Origin: an uncultured Alistipes sp.
GTDB lineage: Bacteria > Bacteroidota > Bacteroidia > Bacteroidales > Rikenellaceae
DNA: 64,000 nucleotides
Direction of reading: 5' to 3'
Assembly: GCA_944321185.1 (NCBI GenBank)
Contig: CALUKH010000001.1
Coordinates: 54,896-118,895, forward strand
In this document: one piece after another, positions 1-9,946 of the stretch
Position numbering within the stretch: position 1 is the stretch's first letter
Layout: each line of letters starts with the position of its first letter
The notes under the pieces: model-generated
What the model saw: only the letters and a program-made list of their open reading frames with translations
Databases searched by the model: none
What the model was told of the DNA's origin: nothing
Position numbers and translations under genes: made by a program

Positions 1-2
1 AC

Positions 3-617
3 GGCCGGTGCGTGGCGCGGATGAATGCCCCCTTCCGGGCCCCAGCGCCCGCCGAAGAGGTGCTCCGCGTGAAGATCAAGGTCAACTTCGGCTGGAACCG
101 CGAGGAGGAGTACGTCCACTGGACGGGCCGTCTGCAGCTGACCGAGGGATCGATCGACGATCTTCAGACGTGTTTCCGCGGGGCGGCCTTCACCTCGCCG
201 CAACCGGGCGAGACGGAGTTCCACACGCGGGTCAACCGGGTCGTGGAGCGTGATGCGCGGAGTGTGGTGCTGGACCTCTATTCGACGAAGAATCCCAACG
301 TGATGACGCCGGCCATGCAGGGCGTGGTGCTCGACCTCACGGCGCCGCGCGGGGCACGTCTGGTGGCGGAGTTCAACGGCCAGCGCTACGAACACACGAT
401 CGAGGAGCTGCTCGAAGGGGCTCGGGCCCATTTCCTGCGGGGATGGCTCTCGGAGGCGATCCAGTTCGAACGGGCCCAGCCCGAGGCGGCCTTCTGTGTC
501 GGTCACCGCATGGTCGACACCGAGCCGCAGCGCGATACGGATTACTACTACGTGCGGGTGCGCCAGCGCGACGGACAGTGGGGCTGGTCGTCACCGATCT
601 GGGTGGAACGCGTCTGA
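3..617 (+). CDS. C-terminal part of a DUF3604/PHP-like metallohydrolase (5' truncated by window edge)
   Basis: Frame open from window start; ends ...YYYVRVRQRDGQWGWSSPIWV, the C-terminal signature of DUF3604/CehA-McbA-like proteins; stop 2 nt before next ATG. Confidence 0.6.
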   Translation, partial: GRCVARMNAPFRAPAPAEEVLRVKIKVNFGWNREEEYVHWTGRLQLTEGSIDDLQTCFRGAAFTSPQPGETEFHTRVNRVVERDARSVVLDLYSTKNPNVMTPAMQGVVLDLTAPRGARLVAEFNGQRYEHTIEELLEGARAHFLRGWLSEAIQFERAQPEAAFCVGHRMVDTEPQRDTDYYYVRVRQRDGQWGWSSPIWVERV

Positions 618-619
618 CG

Positions 620-1549
620 ATGGAACGCTGTGCCATAGGAATTGATCTGGGCGGGACTTCGGTGAAGTACGCCCTGGTCGACGCTTCGGGGCGGATTCTC
701 TTCGTCGGGGAGCATGCTTCCCGGGCGGCGGAGGGCGTCGAGGCGGTTCTGGAGGCGATTCTGCGGGGCGTTGAGGCCTGCCGGGCCCATGCCGCACGGC
801 AGGGGATTGCGCCGGCCGGTGTGGGAATCGGCACGCCGGGCGTGGTCTCGGAGGAGGGTCGCACGGTGCTGGGCGGTGCCGAGAACATCGCCGGGTGGGA
901 GCATCTCCCGCTTGCCGACCGGATCGAACGGGCGACGGGCCTGCCCTGCATGGCCTGTAACGATGCCAATGCCATGGCGTGGGGCGAGACGCTCTACGGT
1001 GCGGCACGCGGGGCGACGGACGTGATTTTCGTGACGGTGGGCACCGGTATCGGCTGCGGTGCGCTGATCGGCGGCCGGCTTTTCCGCGGCTACCGCAACC
1101 GCGGACTGGAGATGGGCCACATCACGGTCAAGTGCGACGGCGAACGGTGTGCCTGCGGCGGGGTGGGGTGTCTCGAACACTACGCCTCGACGGCGGCTCT
1201 CGTGCGGCGTTTTTGCGAGCTGAGCGGTCTGCCGCAGGCCGACGGCCGCGAGGTGGTGAGCCGTTATCGGGCGGGCGATCCGGCGGCCGTCCGGGCGCTG
1301 GAGGAGCACTGGGGATACCTCTCGCACGGCATCGCCTCGATGATCAACCTCTTTGCTCCGCAACGGGTCGTTGTCGGAGGCGGCATCTCGGAGGCGGGCG
1401 AATTCTACCTCGAACATCTGCGCGAGGGGGTTCGCCGGCAGGTGATGGAGGTCTGCGGCGGTGAGACGCAGATCGTGGCCGCGCAACTGGGCAACCGGGC
1501 CGGATGTCTCGGTGCTGCGGGGCTGATCCTCGGGACGGAGATGCGGTGA
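620..1549 (+). CDS. ROK family sugar kinase
   Basis: ATG 620; GIDLGGT ATP-binding motif, NDANA, GTGIG, EMGH, CACGGVGCLE zinc motif; no N-terminal HTH. Confidence 0.92.
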   Translation: MERCAIGIDLGGTSVKYALVDASGRILFVGEHASRAAEGVEAVLEAILRGVEACRAHAARQGIAPAGVGIGTPGVVSEEGRTVLGGAENIAGWEHLPLADRIERATGLPCMACNDANAMAWGETLYGAARGATDVIFVTVGTGIGCGALIGGRLFRGYRNRGLEMGHITVKCDGERCACGGVGCLEHYASTAALVRRFCELSGLPQADGREVVSRYRAGDPAAVRALEEHWGYLSHGIASMINLFAPQRVVVGGGISEAGEFYLEHLREGVRRQVMEVCGGETQIVAAQLGNRAGCLGAAGLILGTEMR

Positions 1550-1624
1550 CGCGGGGCTGATCCTCGGGGAGAAGATGCGGTGCTGCGGGGCTGATCCTCG
1601 GGGAGGAGATGCGGTGACGCGGGG
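1510..1624. repeat. Tandem repeat, ~3.4 x 34 bp, first copy inside ROK 3' end
   Basis: Units cggtg(ct/ac)gcggggctgatcctcgggNNNNagatg at 1510, 1544, 1578 and partial at 1612. Confidence 0.9.
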
Positions 1625-1802
1625 GCGGTTTGCCCGGTACGGCGGCGTGGAATGGCGGCCGGTGATCGATCGCACTCACGCGGTCGTGCCGCCGTTCGAC
1701 CGTGTGATGCCCGCCTTCGTATCATTGGCCTGTCGTCAGGACGGATTCTTTCTGCAAACCATGCGGATTCCGCATGGAGTTTTTCCATAAAACGAACCGA
1801 TC

Positions 1803-4343
1803 ATGAAACGAATTGCGATACTGGTTGCCGCCCTGATGGCGGCCTCGGGAGCCTTGGCGCAGCTTCCGGCCGAGCAACACCTCGACAAAACGGCGCTCCG
1901 CCCCCGTTACCGACAGTGGATGCAGCCTGTGGGCGGCGTGGTGGTGACGCAGAATCCGCCGTCACTGCTCTGGCCCGCGGGCGGCGAAGGTGTCACGGGC
2001 TATCGGGTCGAACTCTCGCCGTCGCCGGAATTCCCCGCCGAGCGGACGCTTGTCAGCCGGCAGCCGTGGGCGGTCTGAGCCCTTCATGAGCCGCTCGCCG
2101 CAGGGCGCTACTGGTGGCGGGTGACGACCTTCGCCGAGGGACGCGATCCGCAACGCTCGCAGACGTGCGAGTTTGTCGTGACGGATTCCGTGCGGCGCTT
2201 CGCCACCCCGACGGGCGACGAACTCGTGCGGCGGGTTGCCGCGCAGTCGCATCCCCGGCTCTACGTGACGGGCGACCACCTCGCCGAACTGCGCCGGCGG
2301 GCCGCGTCGAATCCCGAGGCGCGGGAGTTTCTCACCCGCAGCCGCGCGAAGATCGACATGGAGCCCGTTCCGGTGGCACCGACGCGGCCGCGCGATACGA
2401 CGGGCATGAGCCCCTTCCAGAAGCGCTCGCTCATCAACTTCATGTACCACAAGTTCGGCGAGGTGGTTACGCAGCCGATCATCGACTTCTCGCTGGCTTG
2501 GCTCTTGACGGGCGACGAGTCGTGGCGTACGGCCGTGGTGCGCCATGCGCGGCATGTGGCGGCCCTTCCGGTCGACAGCGACGCCACGTCGGAGGACTTC
2601 AACCGCTCGGCCATCATGTACGGGCTGGCCTTCGGCTACGACACGGCCTGCGAGCGGATGACCCCGGACGAACGGGCTGCCGTGCTCGAAGCAATCCGGG
2701 TGCGGGGCGAACGCTTCTTCCGGCAATACGTCCGCGATTTCGAGTGCCACTCGATGGACAACCATGTCTGGCAGCACACCTTCCGCAACTTCTTCTTCAC
2801 GGCCCTTGCCACGCTGGGCGATCTGCCCGAGGCCGAACGCTGGCTGCGCTACTGCTACGAGGTGTGGTGCGGACGCTTCCCGATTCTGGGGGGCGACGAC
2901 GGCGGCTGGCACGACGGCAGCAGCTACATGCAGGCCAATCTGGTGACGTTCATCTACGTGCCCTTCGTGCTGACGCGGCTGACCGGCGTCGATGTCTGCG
3001 CCCTGCCGTGGTAGGCCTACCTGCGGTCGGGCCTGGTCGACTGCTTCCCGAAGGACTCCTACGCCACGGGCTTCGGCGACGACTACGAGAAGATGACCTC
3101 CCCGACGCAGCTCTACATGGGCTTTGCCGATGCGCTGGCCCGCGAGACGGGAAGCGGTCTGGCGCGCTGGTATGCCGACCGGCTGATCGGCCCGGATCCG
3201 ACGGCGCTCTACCGTTCGAAGGGCTTCACCCTCTATCGGATCCTCACCGACAAGCCCGTCGACTGCGTGGCGCCCGAGGCGCCGGCCCGCAATACGTCGC
3301 GTTTCTATCCCGATGCGGGCTTCTCGCTCATGCATACCGATCCGGCCGATGCGTCGGACGATCTGATGGCGGCCTTCTTTGCCCTGCCGTTCGGCTCGAC
3401 GGGCCATGCCCACGCCGCCCACAACGGCTTTACGATCAACTACGGCGGCCGTCAGCTCTTCGGCGGCACGGGCTACTACTCGAATTTCAACGACCGCCAC
3501 ACGCTGCTGCACTACCGCACGCGGGGCCACAATACGATCCTGGCCGACGGCCTGGCCCAGGTGATCGGCGAGAACGGCTACGGCTGGCTGGCCCGTTTTG
3601 CCGACACCGAGGCGCTGACCTATACGCTGGGCGACGCCTCGCACGCCTACGATTCGATCCGCACGCCGTTCTGGATCGACCGCATGCAGAAGTCCGGCGT
3701 GGAGTATACGCGGGAGAACGGCCTCGGAGATCCGGGTGTGACGCGCTTCCGGCGCCACTTCCTCTTCCTGCGCCCCGACGTGATCGTCATCTACGACGAA
3801 CTGGCGGCCCGAGAGCCCGTCACCTGGAGCTGGCTGCTGCACAGCCATCACCGGCTGATGCGTTGCGGCGATTTGGCCGTCGCGGCTTCGAACGGCGTGG
3901 CCGAAGGCCGGATGGACCTCTTCACGACCGGAGATCTGGAGCTGACGCTGACCGACCGGTTCTTCTCGCCGGCCATCAACTGGAAAAAGCGTACGGGCCC
4001 CGACGGCCGGGTTCAGGAGTATGTGAACCAGTGGCATTCGTCGTTCACGACTCCGGAGAAGCATGCCGCACAGCGATTCCTGGCCATCTTCCGCATCACG
4101 CCCGACGGAGGGCGGACGGTCCGTCTTAAACGCCTCAGCGACGGATCGTTCCGCGTCGGGGCGTGGACCGTGCGGGCCGAACTCGATGCCTCACGTCCGC
4201 CCCGCCTCGAGGTGACGGACCGTCACGGAAACGCCGTGCTCTACAACACGGCGGAATCGACGATCGGCGGCAGTACGCTGATCCGGCAGGCCGATGCGCC
4301 GCAGCGGGAGCTGATCGACGTTGTGCCCGCGTCGGTACGCTGA
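1803..4343 (+). pseudogene. Heparinase II/III-like polysaccharide lyase (DUF4962-type N-terminus) interrupted by in-frame TGA (2076-2078) and TAG (3012-3014); pseudogene or base-call errors
   Basis: ORFs 1803, 2121 and 3093 share one frame (846 codons in total); signal peptide, QNPPSLLWP, DNHVWQ, GGWHDG.SY, GHAHAAHNGF, HNTILADG motifs. Confidence 0.8.
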
Positions 4344-4514
4344 GCGCTGCCGTTGGGCCGCGAGCCGAGGGGGATGAGGTGAATTGATTCGCCCGGAGGA
4401 GCTCCCCCGGGGCGGAATGGCCCGGCCCAACGACTCCGCTGACGGTTGAAAAATGCATCGGGACTTCGTAGTTTGCAAAAAAAAGTGTAAATTTAACGTT
4501 TGTATAGCTACGTC

Positions 4515-7500
4515 ATGCCCATGCCTGGATTCCGTCATACGCTTCTCTGGTGCCTGCTGCTTCTGCTGACCTCGCCTTCGTTCGGTGCCATCGAATTCAA
4601 AACCCTTTCGGTCAACGACGGCCTCTCGCAATCGACCGTGCTGGCTCTGGCCCAGGACCCCCTGGGGCGCATCTGGATGGGAACGCAGGACGGTCTGAAC
4701 TGTTACGACGGTTACGACTTCACGGTCTATCGTCATGTCGAGGGCGATCCCGGCAGCCTGGATGACAACACGGTCAACACGCTGCTCTGCGACGGGGGGC
4801 TGCTCTGGATCGGAACGGCCTCGGGACTTTCGTGCTACGATGCCGCGACGGGACGCTTCGAGAATTTCCGCCTCGAAGGGCGTCCCATGCCGGTTTCGGA
4901 CATCGCACGGCAGGAGGACGGCAACCTGCTGCTGGCCACGGATCTGGGAATCGTGCTGTTCGATCGGCGGTCGCGCACGCTCGAAATCCGGACCTATCTG
5001 AAGGGAATCAGCGTGCATACGATCTGCCCGTCGCGCGAGGGGTTCCTGGTCGGCGCCTCCGACGGCATCTATACCTACTCGACGACCTACGGCAATGCCA
5101 TCCGGATCCTTCCGCAGATGGCCCGTTTCGACATTGCATGCATCGTCGCCGCCGAAAACGGCTACTGGGTGGCGACACACGGCAACGGCCTCTATCGGCT
5201 GGATGCGAACCTGCAGGTCGAGGCCCGGTATTCGGTGGCGACCCATCCCGGACTGGTCTCGGACTACATCCGCGTGCTGCGCCGGGATTCCGACGGCCGG
5301 CTCTGGATCGGAACCTTCGACGGACTTTCGATCTTCGACCCCCGTACGGAACACTTCGAAAAATATGTCTATACGCCCCGTCCCGGTTCGCTGAGCCACA
5401 ACTCGATCCGTTCGATCTTCATCGACGATCAGCGCGGCGTGTGGCTGGGCACCTACTACGGCGGTGTGAGCTACTACCATCCGCTGGCCCGGCGCTTCGG
5501 GGTGTTGCAGCATGATCCGGCGCGCAATTCGCTGGGCGACAATACGGTGAGCTGTATTGTCGAGGATCCGGCCTCGCAGGCCCTCTGGATCGGCACCAAC
5601 GACGACGGCGTGAATCGCTACGACCGTCGCACGGGACATTTCGAGGAGTTCAACGCCGCATCGGGCTCGCTGCTCTCGAACAACGTCAAATGCATCCTGC
5701 CCGACGGCCGTGGAACACTCTGGATCGGAACCCATGCCGGCGGTCTGACGCGCATGGATGTCGTCACCCGGCGCACGCGCCACTATTCGGTCAATGGCTC
5801 GATCCCGATCAACAACAGCTGCTACGCCCTGCTCCGGGAGGACGACGGCACCCTCTGGGTCGGAACGCTCAACGGATTGTTGGCGTTTGACCCCGCAACG
5901 GGGCGGTTCGGGCGTCACCCCTGTACGGATTACGAACCGCGCCTGGGATCGCTGCCGATCACGGCTCTCTACCGGGATTCGAAGCGCCGCGTCTGGATCG
6001 GATCGCAGAACGGACTCTACTGCTGGGACCCCGAGCGGAAACAGGTCCTGTCGTGCGAGCTGATTCCGTCGGATGAAAATACCCCCCCCCGATCGCGGGA
6101 GGCCATCATCATGTGCGTAACCGAAGATTCGCATCGTAACATCTGGGTCGGGGCCCGGCAGGGGCTCTTCCGGTTCAATGCCGCCGACCAACGCTTTACG
6201 CGCTATACGGTGGCCGACGGGCTGCCCAACGACTTCGTCTATGGCATTCTCGAGGACGAACTTTCGCGCCTCTGGATCTCGACCAATGCCGGACTGGCCT
6301 GCTTCGACGTCTCGAAGAACACGTTCCGCAACTATACGCTCCGCGACGGCATTGCCAACAATCAGTTCACGCCCTATGCCTATTGCCGGAGCCGCGACGG
6401 CATCTTCTGGTTCGGCGGTCTGGGCGGCATCACCTGGTTTCGGCCCCACGAACTGGTGGACAACCCCTTTGCACCGGCGGCCCGGATCATGGAGGTCTCG
6501 GTGGCCGATGCTGAGGACGACCGCCGTGTGAAGATCGAACGCGATTCGGTGGGTCAGGTTGTCCGGGCGGCATTCCCGTCGGTGAGGAACATCTTCTCGA
6601 TCCGTTTCGTGGCGGTCAACCCGCTGGCGGCCGGACGCAATACCTTTGCCTACAAGCTCGAGGGGTTCAACACGCGGTGGTATGAAACGACGAACCGCGA
6701 GGCCAGCTACTCGAACCTCAAACCCGGACACTACCTCTTCCGGGTGCGTGCGGCCAACAACGACGGCCGCTGGAGCGACGAGGTGGCGACGGTCGAGATC
6801 CGCGTTCTTCCGATGTGGTGGCAGACGCTGGCGGCCCGCATGTTGTGGGTGTTGCTGATCCTGGCGGCCATCGGCGGGGTGATAGCGGCGGTTTTCGGTC
6901 GCATGAAGATGAAGATCCAGCTGCAGATGGAGCGGCTGAAACACGAATCCGCCGAGGAGCTGAGCCAGGAGAAGATCCGCTTCTACATCAATCTCTCGCA
7001 TGAACTCCGCACGCCGCTGACTCTGATTCTCTCGCCGCTGCAGGAGATCCGCGACCACGGCACGACGGACAAATACGTCTCCTCGCGTCTCGACTATATC
7101 CGGCGCAACAGCCTGAAACTGCTGCACCTGATCAATCAGATGCTCGACTACCGCAAGGCCGAGCTGGGGGTATTCCGCATGCGGGTGGCCGAGCAGGATG
7201 TCGATGCCATCGTGGCGGAGGTCTTCTCGATGTTCGAGGAGGTGGCCCAGAACCGCGACATGGATTACATTCTCAGTTCGGATCTCAAGGGGGAGTTGCT
7301 GCCCGTCGACCGGATGTTCCTGGAGATGATGCTGACCAATCTGCTTTCGAACGCCTTCAAGTTTACGCCCGACGGCGGCATGATCCGTGTGGCGCTGCAG
7401 CGGGGTGAGGGGTGCTTCCGGCTGCAGGTGCGCGACAACGGAATCGGCATCACCCCCGAACAGCAGGCGCATATTTTCGAGCGTTTCTACCAGGGCAGCG

Positions 7501-8603
7501 AATCGTCGGCCGGGTCGGGAATCGGGCTGTCGATCGTGCAGCGGATCGTCGAACTGCACCAGGGGTCGATCACCCTGCGCAGCGAGCCGAACCGTTTTTC
7601 GGAGTTCACCATCACGCTGTCGGACACGCTGGAGAGCTATCCCGCCGAGAAACGGGCCCGTGACAACGACGTTCGGGCCTCGATCATCCGCGATGCGGAG
7701 CGGTCGCAACCCGAGGCCTGGCTGGGTGACGACGGCTTGCAGCCTCTGGTAGAGGATTCCGAGGAGGAGAAACGCGGTACGATCCTCATTGCCGAAGCCA
7801 ATGCCGAGGTGGCGCGCTACATGTCGGACCATTTCCGCAAGCGGTACCATGTTGTTTCGGTGGCCGACGGGAACGAGGCGCTCGAACGGTTGAAGAGCCT
7901 CGAACCCGATCTGATCATAGCCGACCGGATGCTGCCCGGCATCGACGGTCTGAAACTGTGCCAGACGGTGAAGCAGAATATCCGCACGTGTCACATTCCG
8001 GTGGTGATTCTGGCCCCCGAGGGGAGTCTCGAGGCGCAGATCTCGGGCATCGAGGCCGGTGCGGACAGTTATCTGCCGATGCCTCTGTCGATATCGCTGC
8101 TGTCGGCCAAGGTGCAGAATCTGCTCAAGGCCCGTTACCGGATGCGGCACCACTTTTCGGAGGAGACGGAGATCGATCCCGACAAGATTGCCTCGAATTC
8201 GATGGACGGCGAATTCCTCAAGAAGGCGATCCGCATCGTCGAGGAGAATCTCGACAACGAGGAGTTTTCATCGAACGACTTCAGCAAGGCGTTGTGCATG
8301 AGCCGTTCGAACCTGCACCTGAAGATGAAGTCCATCACGGGCGAATCGACGACGAAATTCATCCGCAAGATTCGTTTCAACCGGGCCTGCCGGTTGTTGC
8401 TTGACCGCAAGTATTCGATTGCGGAGATCAGTTCGATGGTAGGGTTCAATTCGCCCTCCTATTTTGCGACGAGTTTCAAGAAGCACGTCGGGTGCCTGCC
8501 CACGGAGTATGTGCGCAACCGTACGCGCGGCGATCGGGACAAGGAGACCCGCGACGGCCGGGAGAGTGACCGCTCCTCCGGCAGGAAACCTCGCGAGAAG
8601 TAG
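4515..8603 (+). CDS. Hybrid two-component system sensor/regulator (beta-propeller, Y_Y_Y, TM, HisKA, HATPase, receiver, AraC HTH)
   Basis: Repeated LWIGT propeller motifs, SHELRTPLTLI, NLLSNAFKFT, GSGIGLS, C-terminal AraC (VGFNSPSYFATSFKK); start may be 4515 or 4521. Confidence 0.95.
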   Translation: MPMPGFRHTLLWCLLLLLTSPSFGAIEFKTLSVNDGLSQSTVLALAQDPLGRIWMGTQDGLNCYDGYDFTVYRHVEGDPGSLDDNTVNTLLCDGGLLWIGTASGLSCYDAATGRFENFRLEGRPMPVSDIARQEDGNLLLATDLGIVLFDRRSRTLEIRTYLKGISVHTICPSREGFLVGASDGIYTYSTTYGNAIRILPQMARFDIACIVAAENGYWVATHGNGLYRLDANLQVEARYSVATHPGLVSDYIRVLRRDSDGRLWIGTFDGLSIFDPRTEHFEKYVYTPRPGSLSHNSIRSIFIDDQRGVWLGTYYGGVSYYHPLARRFGVLQHDPARNSLGDNTVSCIVEDPASQALWIGTNDDGVNRYDRRTGHFEEFNAASGSLLSNNVKCILPDGRGTLWIGTHAGGLTRMDVVTRRTRHYSVNGSIPINNSCYALLREDDGTLWVGTLNGLLAFDPATGRFGRHPCTDYEPRLGSLPITALYRDSKRRVWIGSQNGLYCWDPERKQVLSCELIPSDENTPPRSREAIIMCVTEDSHRNIWVGARQGLFRFNAADQRFTRYTVADGLPNDFVYGILEDELSRLWISTNAGLACFDVSKNTFRNYTLRDGIANNQFTPYAYCRSRDGIFWFGGLGGITWFRPHELVDNPFAPAARIMEVSVADAEDDRRVKIERDSVGQVVRAAFPSVRNIFSIRFVAVNPLAAGRNTFAYKLEGFNTRWYETTNREASYSNLKPGHYLFRVRAANNDGRWSDEVATVEIRVLPMWWQTLAARMLWVLLILAAIGGVIAAVFGRMKMKIQLQMERLKHESAEELSQEKIRFYINLSHELRTPLTLILSPLQEIRDHGTTDKYVSSRLDYIRRNSLKLLHLINQMLDYRKAELGVFRMRVAEQDVDAIVAEVFSMFEEVAQNRDMDYILSSDLKGELLPVDRMFLEMMLTNLLSNAFKFTPDGGMIRVALQRGEGCFRLQVRDNGIGITPEQQAHIFERFYQGSESSAGSGIGLSIVQRIVELHQGSITLRSEPNRFSEFTITLSDTLESYPAEKRARDNDVRASIIRDAERSQPEAWLGDDGLQPLVEDSEEEKRGTILIAEANAEVARYMSDHFRKRYHVVSVADGNEALERLKSLEPDLIIADRMLPGIDGLKLCQTVKQNIRTCHIPVVILAPEGSLEAQISGIEAGADSYLPMPLSISLLSAKVQNLLKARYRMRHHFSEETEIDPDKIASNSMDGEFLKKAIRIVEENLDNEEFSSNDFSKALCMSRSNLHLKMKSITGESTTKFIRKIRFNRACRLLLDRKYSIAEISSMVGFNSPSYFATSFKKHVGCLPTEYVRNRTRGDRDKETRDGRESDRSSGRKPREK

Positions 8604-8612
8604 CCTCCCGTC

Positions 8613-8799
8613 CGGCGACCAGCCTCATCCGGCGTCTTGCCTCACCTGGCGATTAGCCTTACCCGGCGTCCAGCTTCACCCGGTGTCTTGCCTCACCTGG
8701 CGATTAGCCTTACCCGGTGTCCAACTTCACCCGGCGTCTTGCCTCACCTGGCGATTAGCCTTACCCGGTGTCCAACTTCACCCGGCGACCCGCCTTATC
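8613..8799. repeat. Tandem repeat: 11 x 17 bp monomers organised as a 51-bp higher-order unit
   Basis: cggcgtcttgcctcacc/tggcgattagccttacc/cggYgtccaRcttcacc repeated three times (8630-8782) with flanking monomers at 8613 and 8783. Confidence 0.92.
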
Positions 8800-8850
8800 C
8801 AATGCCCCCCTCCTTCTTCCGGATGGACGCCTTCCACCCCCCCCCGCATG

Positions 8851-8890
8851 AAAAACACCCCTGCGACTCAATGCCGCAGGGGTGTTTTCT
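8851..8890. terminator. Bidirectional intrinsic terminator between HTCS and prs
   Basis: aaaacacccctgcg-loop-cgcaggggtgtttt between convergent genes. Confidence 0.85.
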
Positions 8891-8921
8891 TGTTTCGGGC
8901 CGAAGCCTCCGAGGAATTCGG

Positions 8922-9863
8922 CTATTTGAAGAAGATCGAGGAGATCTCCTTGTAGTTGTGGACGCGTTCGATGACATCGGCGAAGATGTCGGCCACCGAC
9001 AGTACCGTGAATTTATGCAGGTCCTTGTCGGGGTTGAGCGGAATGGTATCCGTGACGATCACCTCCTCGAGGGCGCTGTCGTTGATTCGCTCATAGGCGG
9101 GACCCGACAGCACGGGGTGGGTGATGGCGGCGCGGACGCTCTTCGCACCGCGCGACATGAGCATGTCGGCAGCCATGCAGATCGTGCCGGCCGTATCGAT
9201 CATGTCGTCGACGATCAGGATGTTGCGCCCTTCGACCTCACCGATGGCGGTCATCTTGCCGACGACGTTGGCCTTAGCGCGCTCCTTGTGGGAGATGATG
9301 ATCGGCGTACCGAGGTGTTTGGCGTAGGTGTTGGCGCGCTTGGCACCACCCATGTCGGGAGCAGCGATCGAGAGGTCCTCGATGTTGAGGCTCTTGATGT
9401 AGGGGACGAAGATGCCGCTGGCATAGAGGGCATCGACGGGCACGTCGAAAAAGCCCTGAATCTGATCGGCGTGCAGGTCCATCGTCATCACGCGATCGAC
9501 GCCTGCGGCCATCAGCAGGTTGGCTACCAGTTTGGCGCCGATCGGCACGCGGGGACGGTCCTTGCGGTCCTGACGGGCCCATCCGAAGTAGGGCATCACG
9601 GCGACGACCTTGTAGGCCGAGGCGCGGCGTGCCGCATCGATCATCATGAGCAGTTCCATGAGGTTGTCCGAGGGCGGGAAGGTCGACTGGATGATGAATA
9701 CCGTGCAGCCACGGATCGACTCATTGTAGCAGGGCTGGAATTCGCCGTCGCTGAAGCGCAGCACTTCGACCTGACCGAGGGTCGTGCCGAAGCTGGCAGC
9801 GATTTTTTTGGCGAGATATTCCGAAGCGCGGCCGGAAAAGATCTTGATTTTGTGGATAGCCAT
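8922..9863 (-). CDS. prs: Ribose-phosphate pyrophosphokinase
   Basis: FSDGE, PYFGWARQDRK, DLHADQIQGFF, VDDMIDTAGT PRPP-binding motif. Confidence 0.97.
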   Translation of the reverse strand: MAIHKIKIFSGRASEYLAKKIAASFGTTLGQVEVLRFSDGEFQPCYNESIRGCTVFIIQSTFPPSDNLMELLMMIDAARRASAYKVVAVMPYFGWARQDRKDRPRVPIGAKLVANLLMAAGVDRVMTMDLHADQIQGFFDVPVDALYASGIFVPYIKSLNIEDLSIAAPDMGGAKRANTYAKHLGTPIIISHKERAKANVVGKMTAIGEVEGRNILIVDDMIDTAGTICMAADMLMSRGAKSVRAAITHPVLSGPAYERINDSALEEVIVTDTIPLNPDKDLHKFTVLSVADIFADVIERVHNYKEISSIFFK

Positions 9864-9886
9864 AGATTACGGGGATTTTGACGATG

Positions 9887-9894
9887 CAAAGATA
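9887..9894 (-). promoter_or_regulatory. Bacteroidota -7 promoter element for prs
   Basis: TATCTTTG on minus strand matches TAnnTTTG, 23 nt upstream of ATG. Confidence 0.7.
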
Positions 9895-9946
9895 GGATAA
9901 TAGGATGAAAAAATGCGTCTTGCGGGGTGCGAATTTTCAACAAAAA

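Noticed and set aside
2076-3014. Selenocysteine, pyrrolysine or alternative genetic code explanation of the in-frame stops
   Set aside because: TGA and TAG terminate many normal genes in this window, two different stops would need recoding, and no Sec/Pyl machinery is visible
8613-8799. Repeat peptide ORFs (8464-8955, 8637-9881) as real proteins
   Set aside because: Products of the 51-bp repeat being a multiple of three; they overlap the HTCS end, terminator and prs antisense
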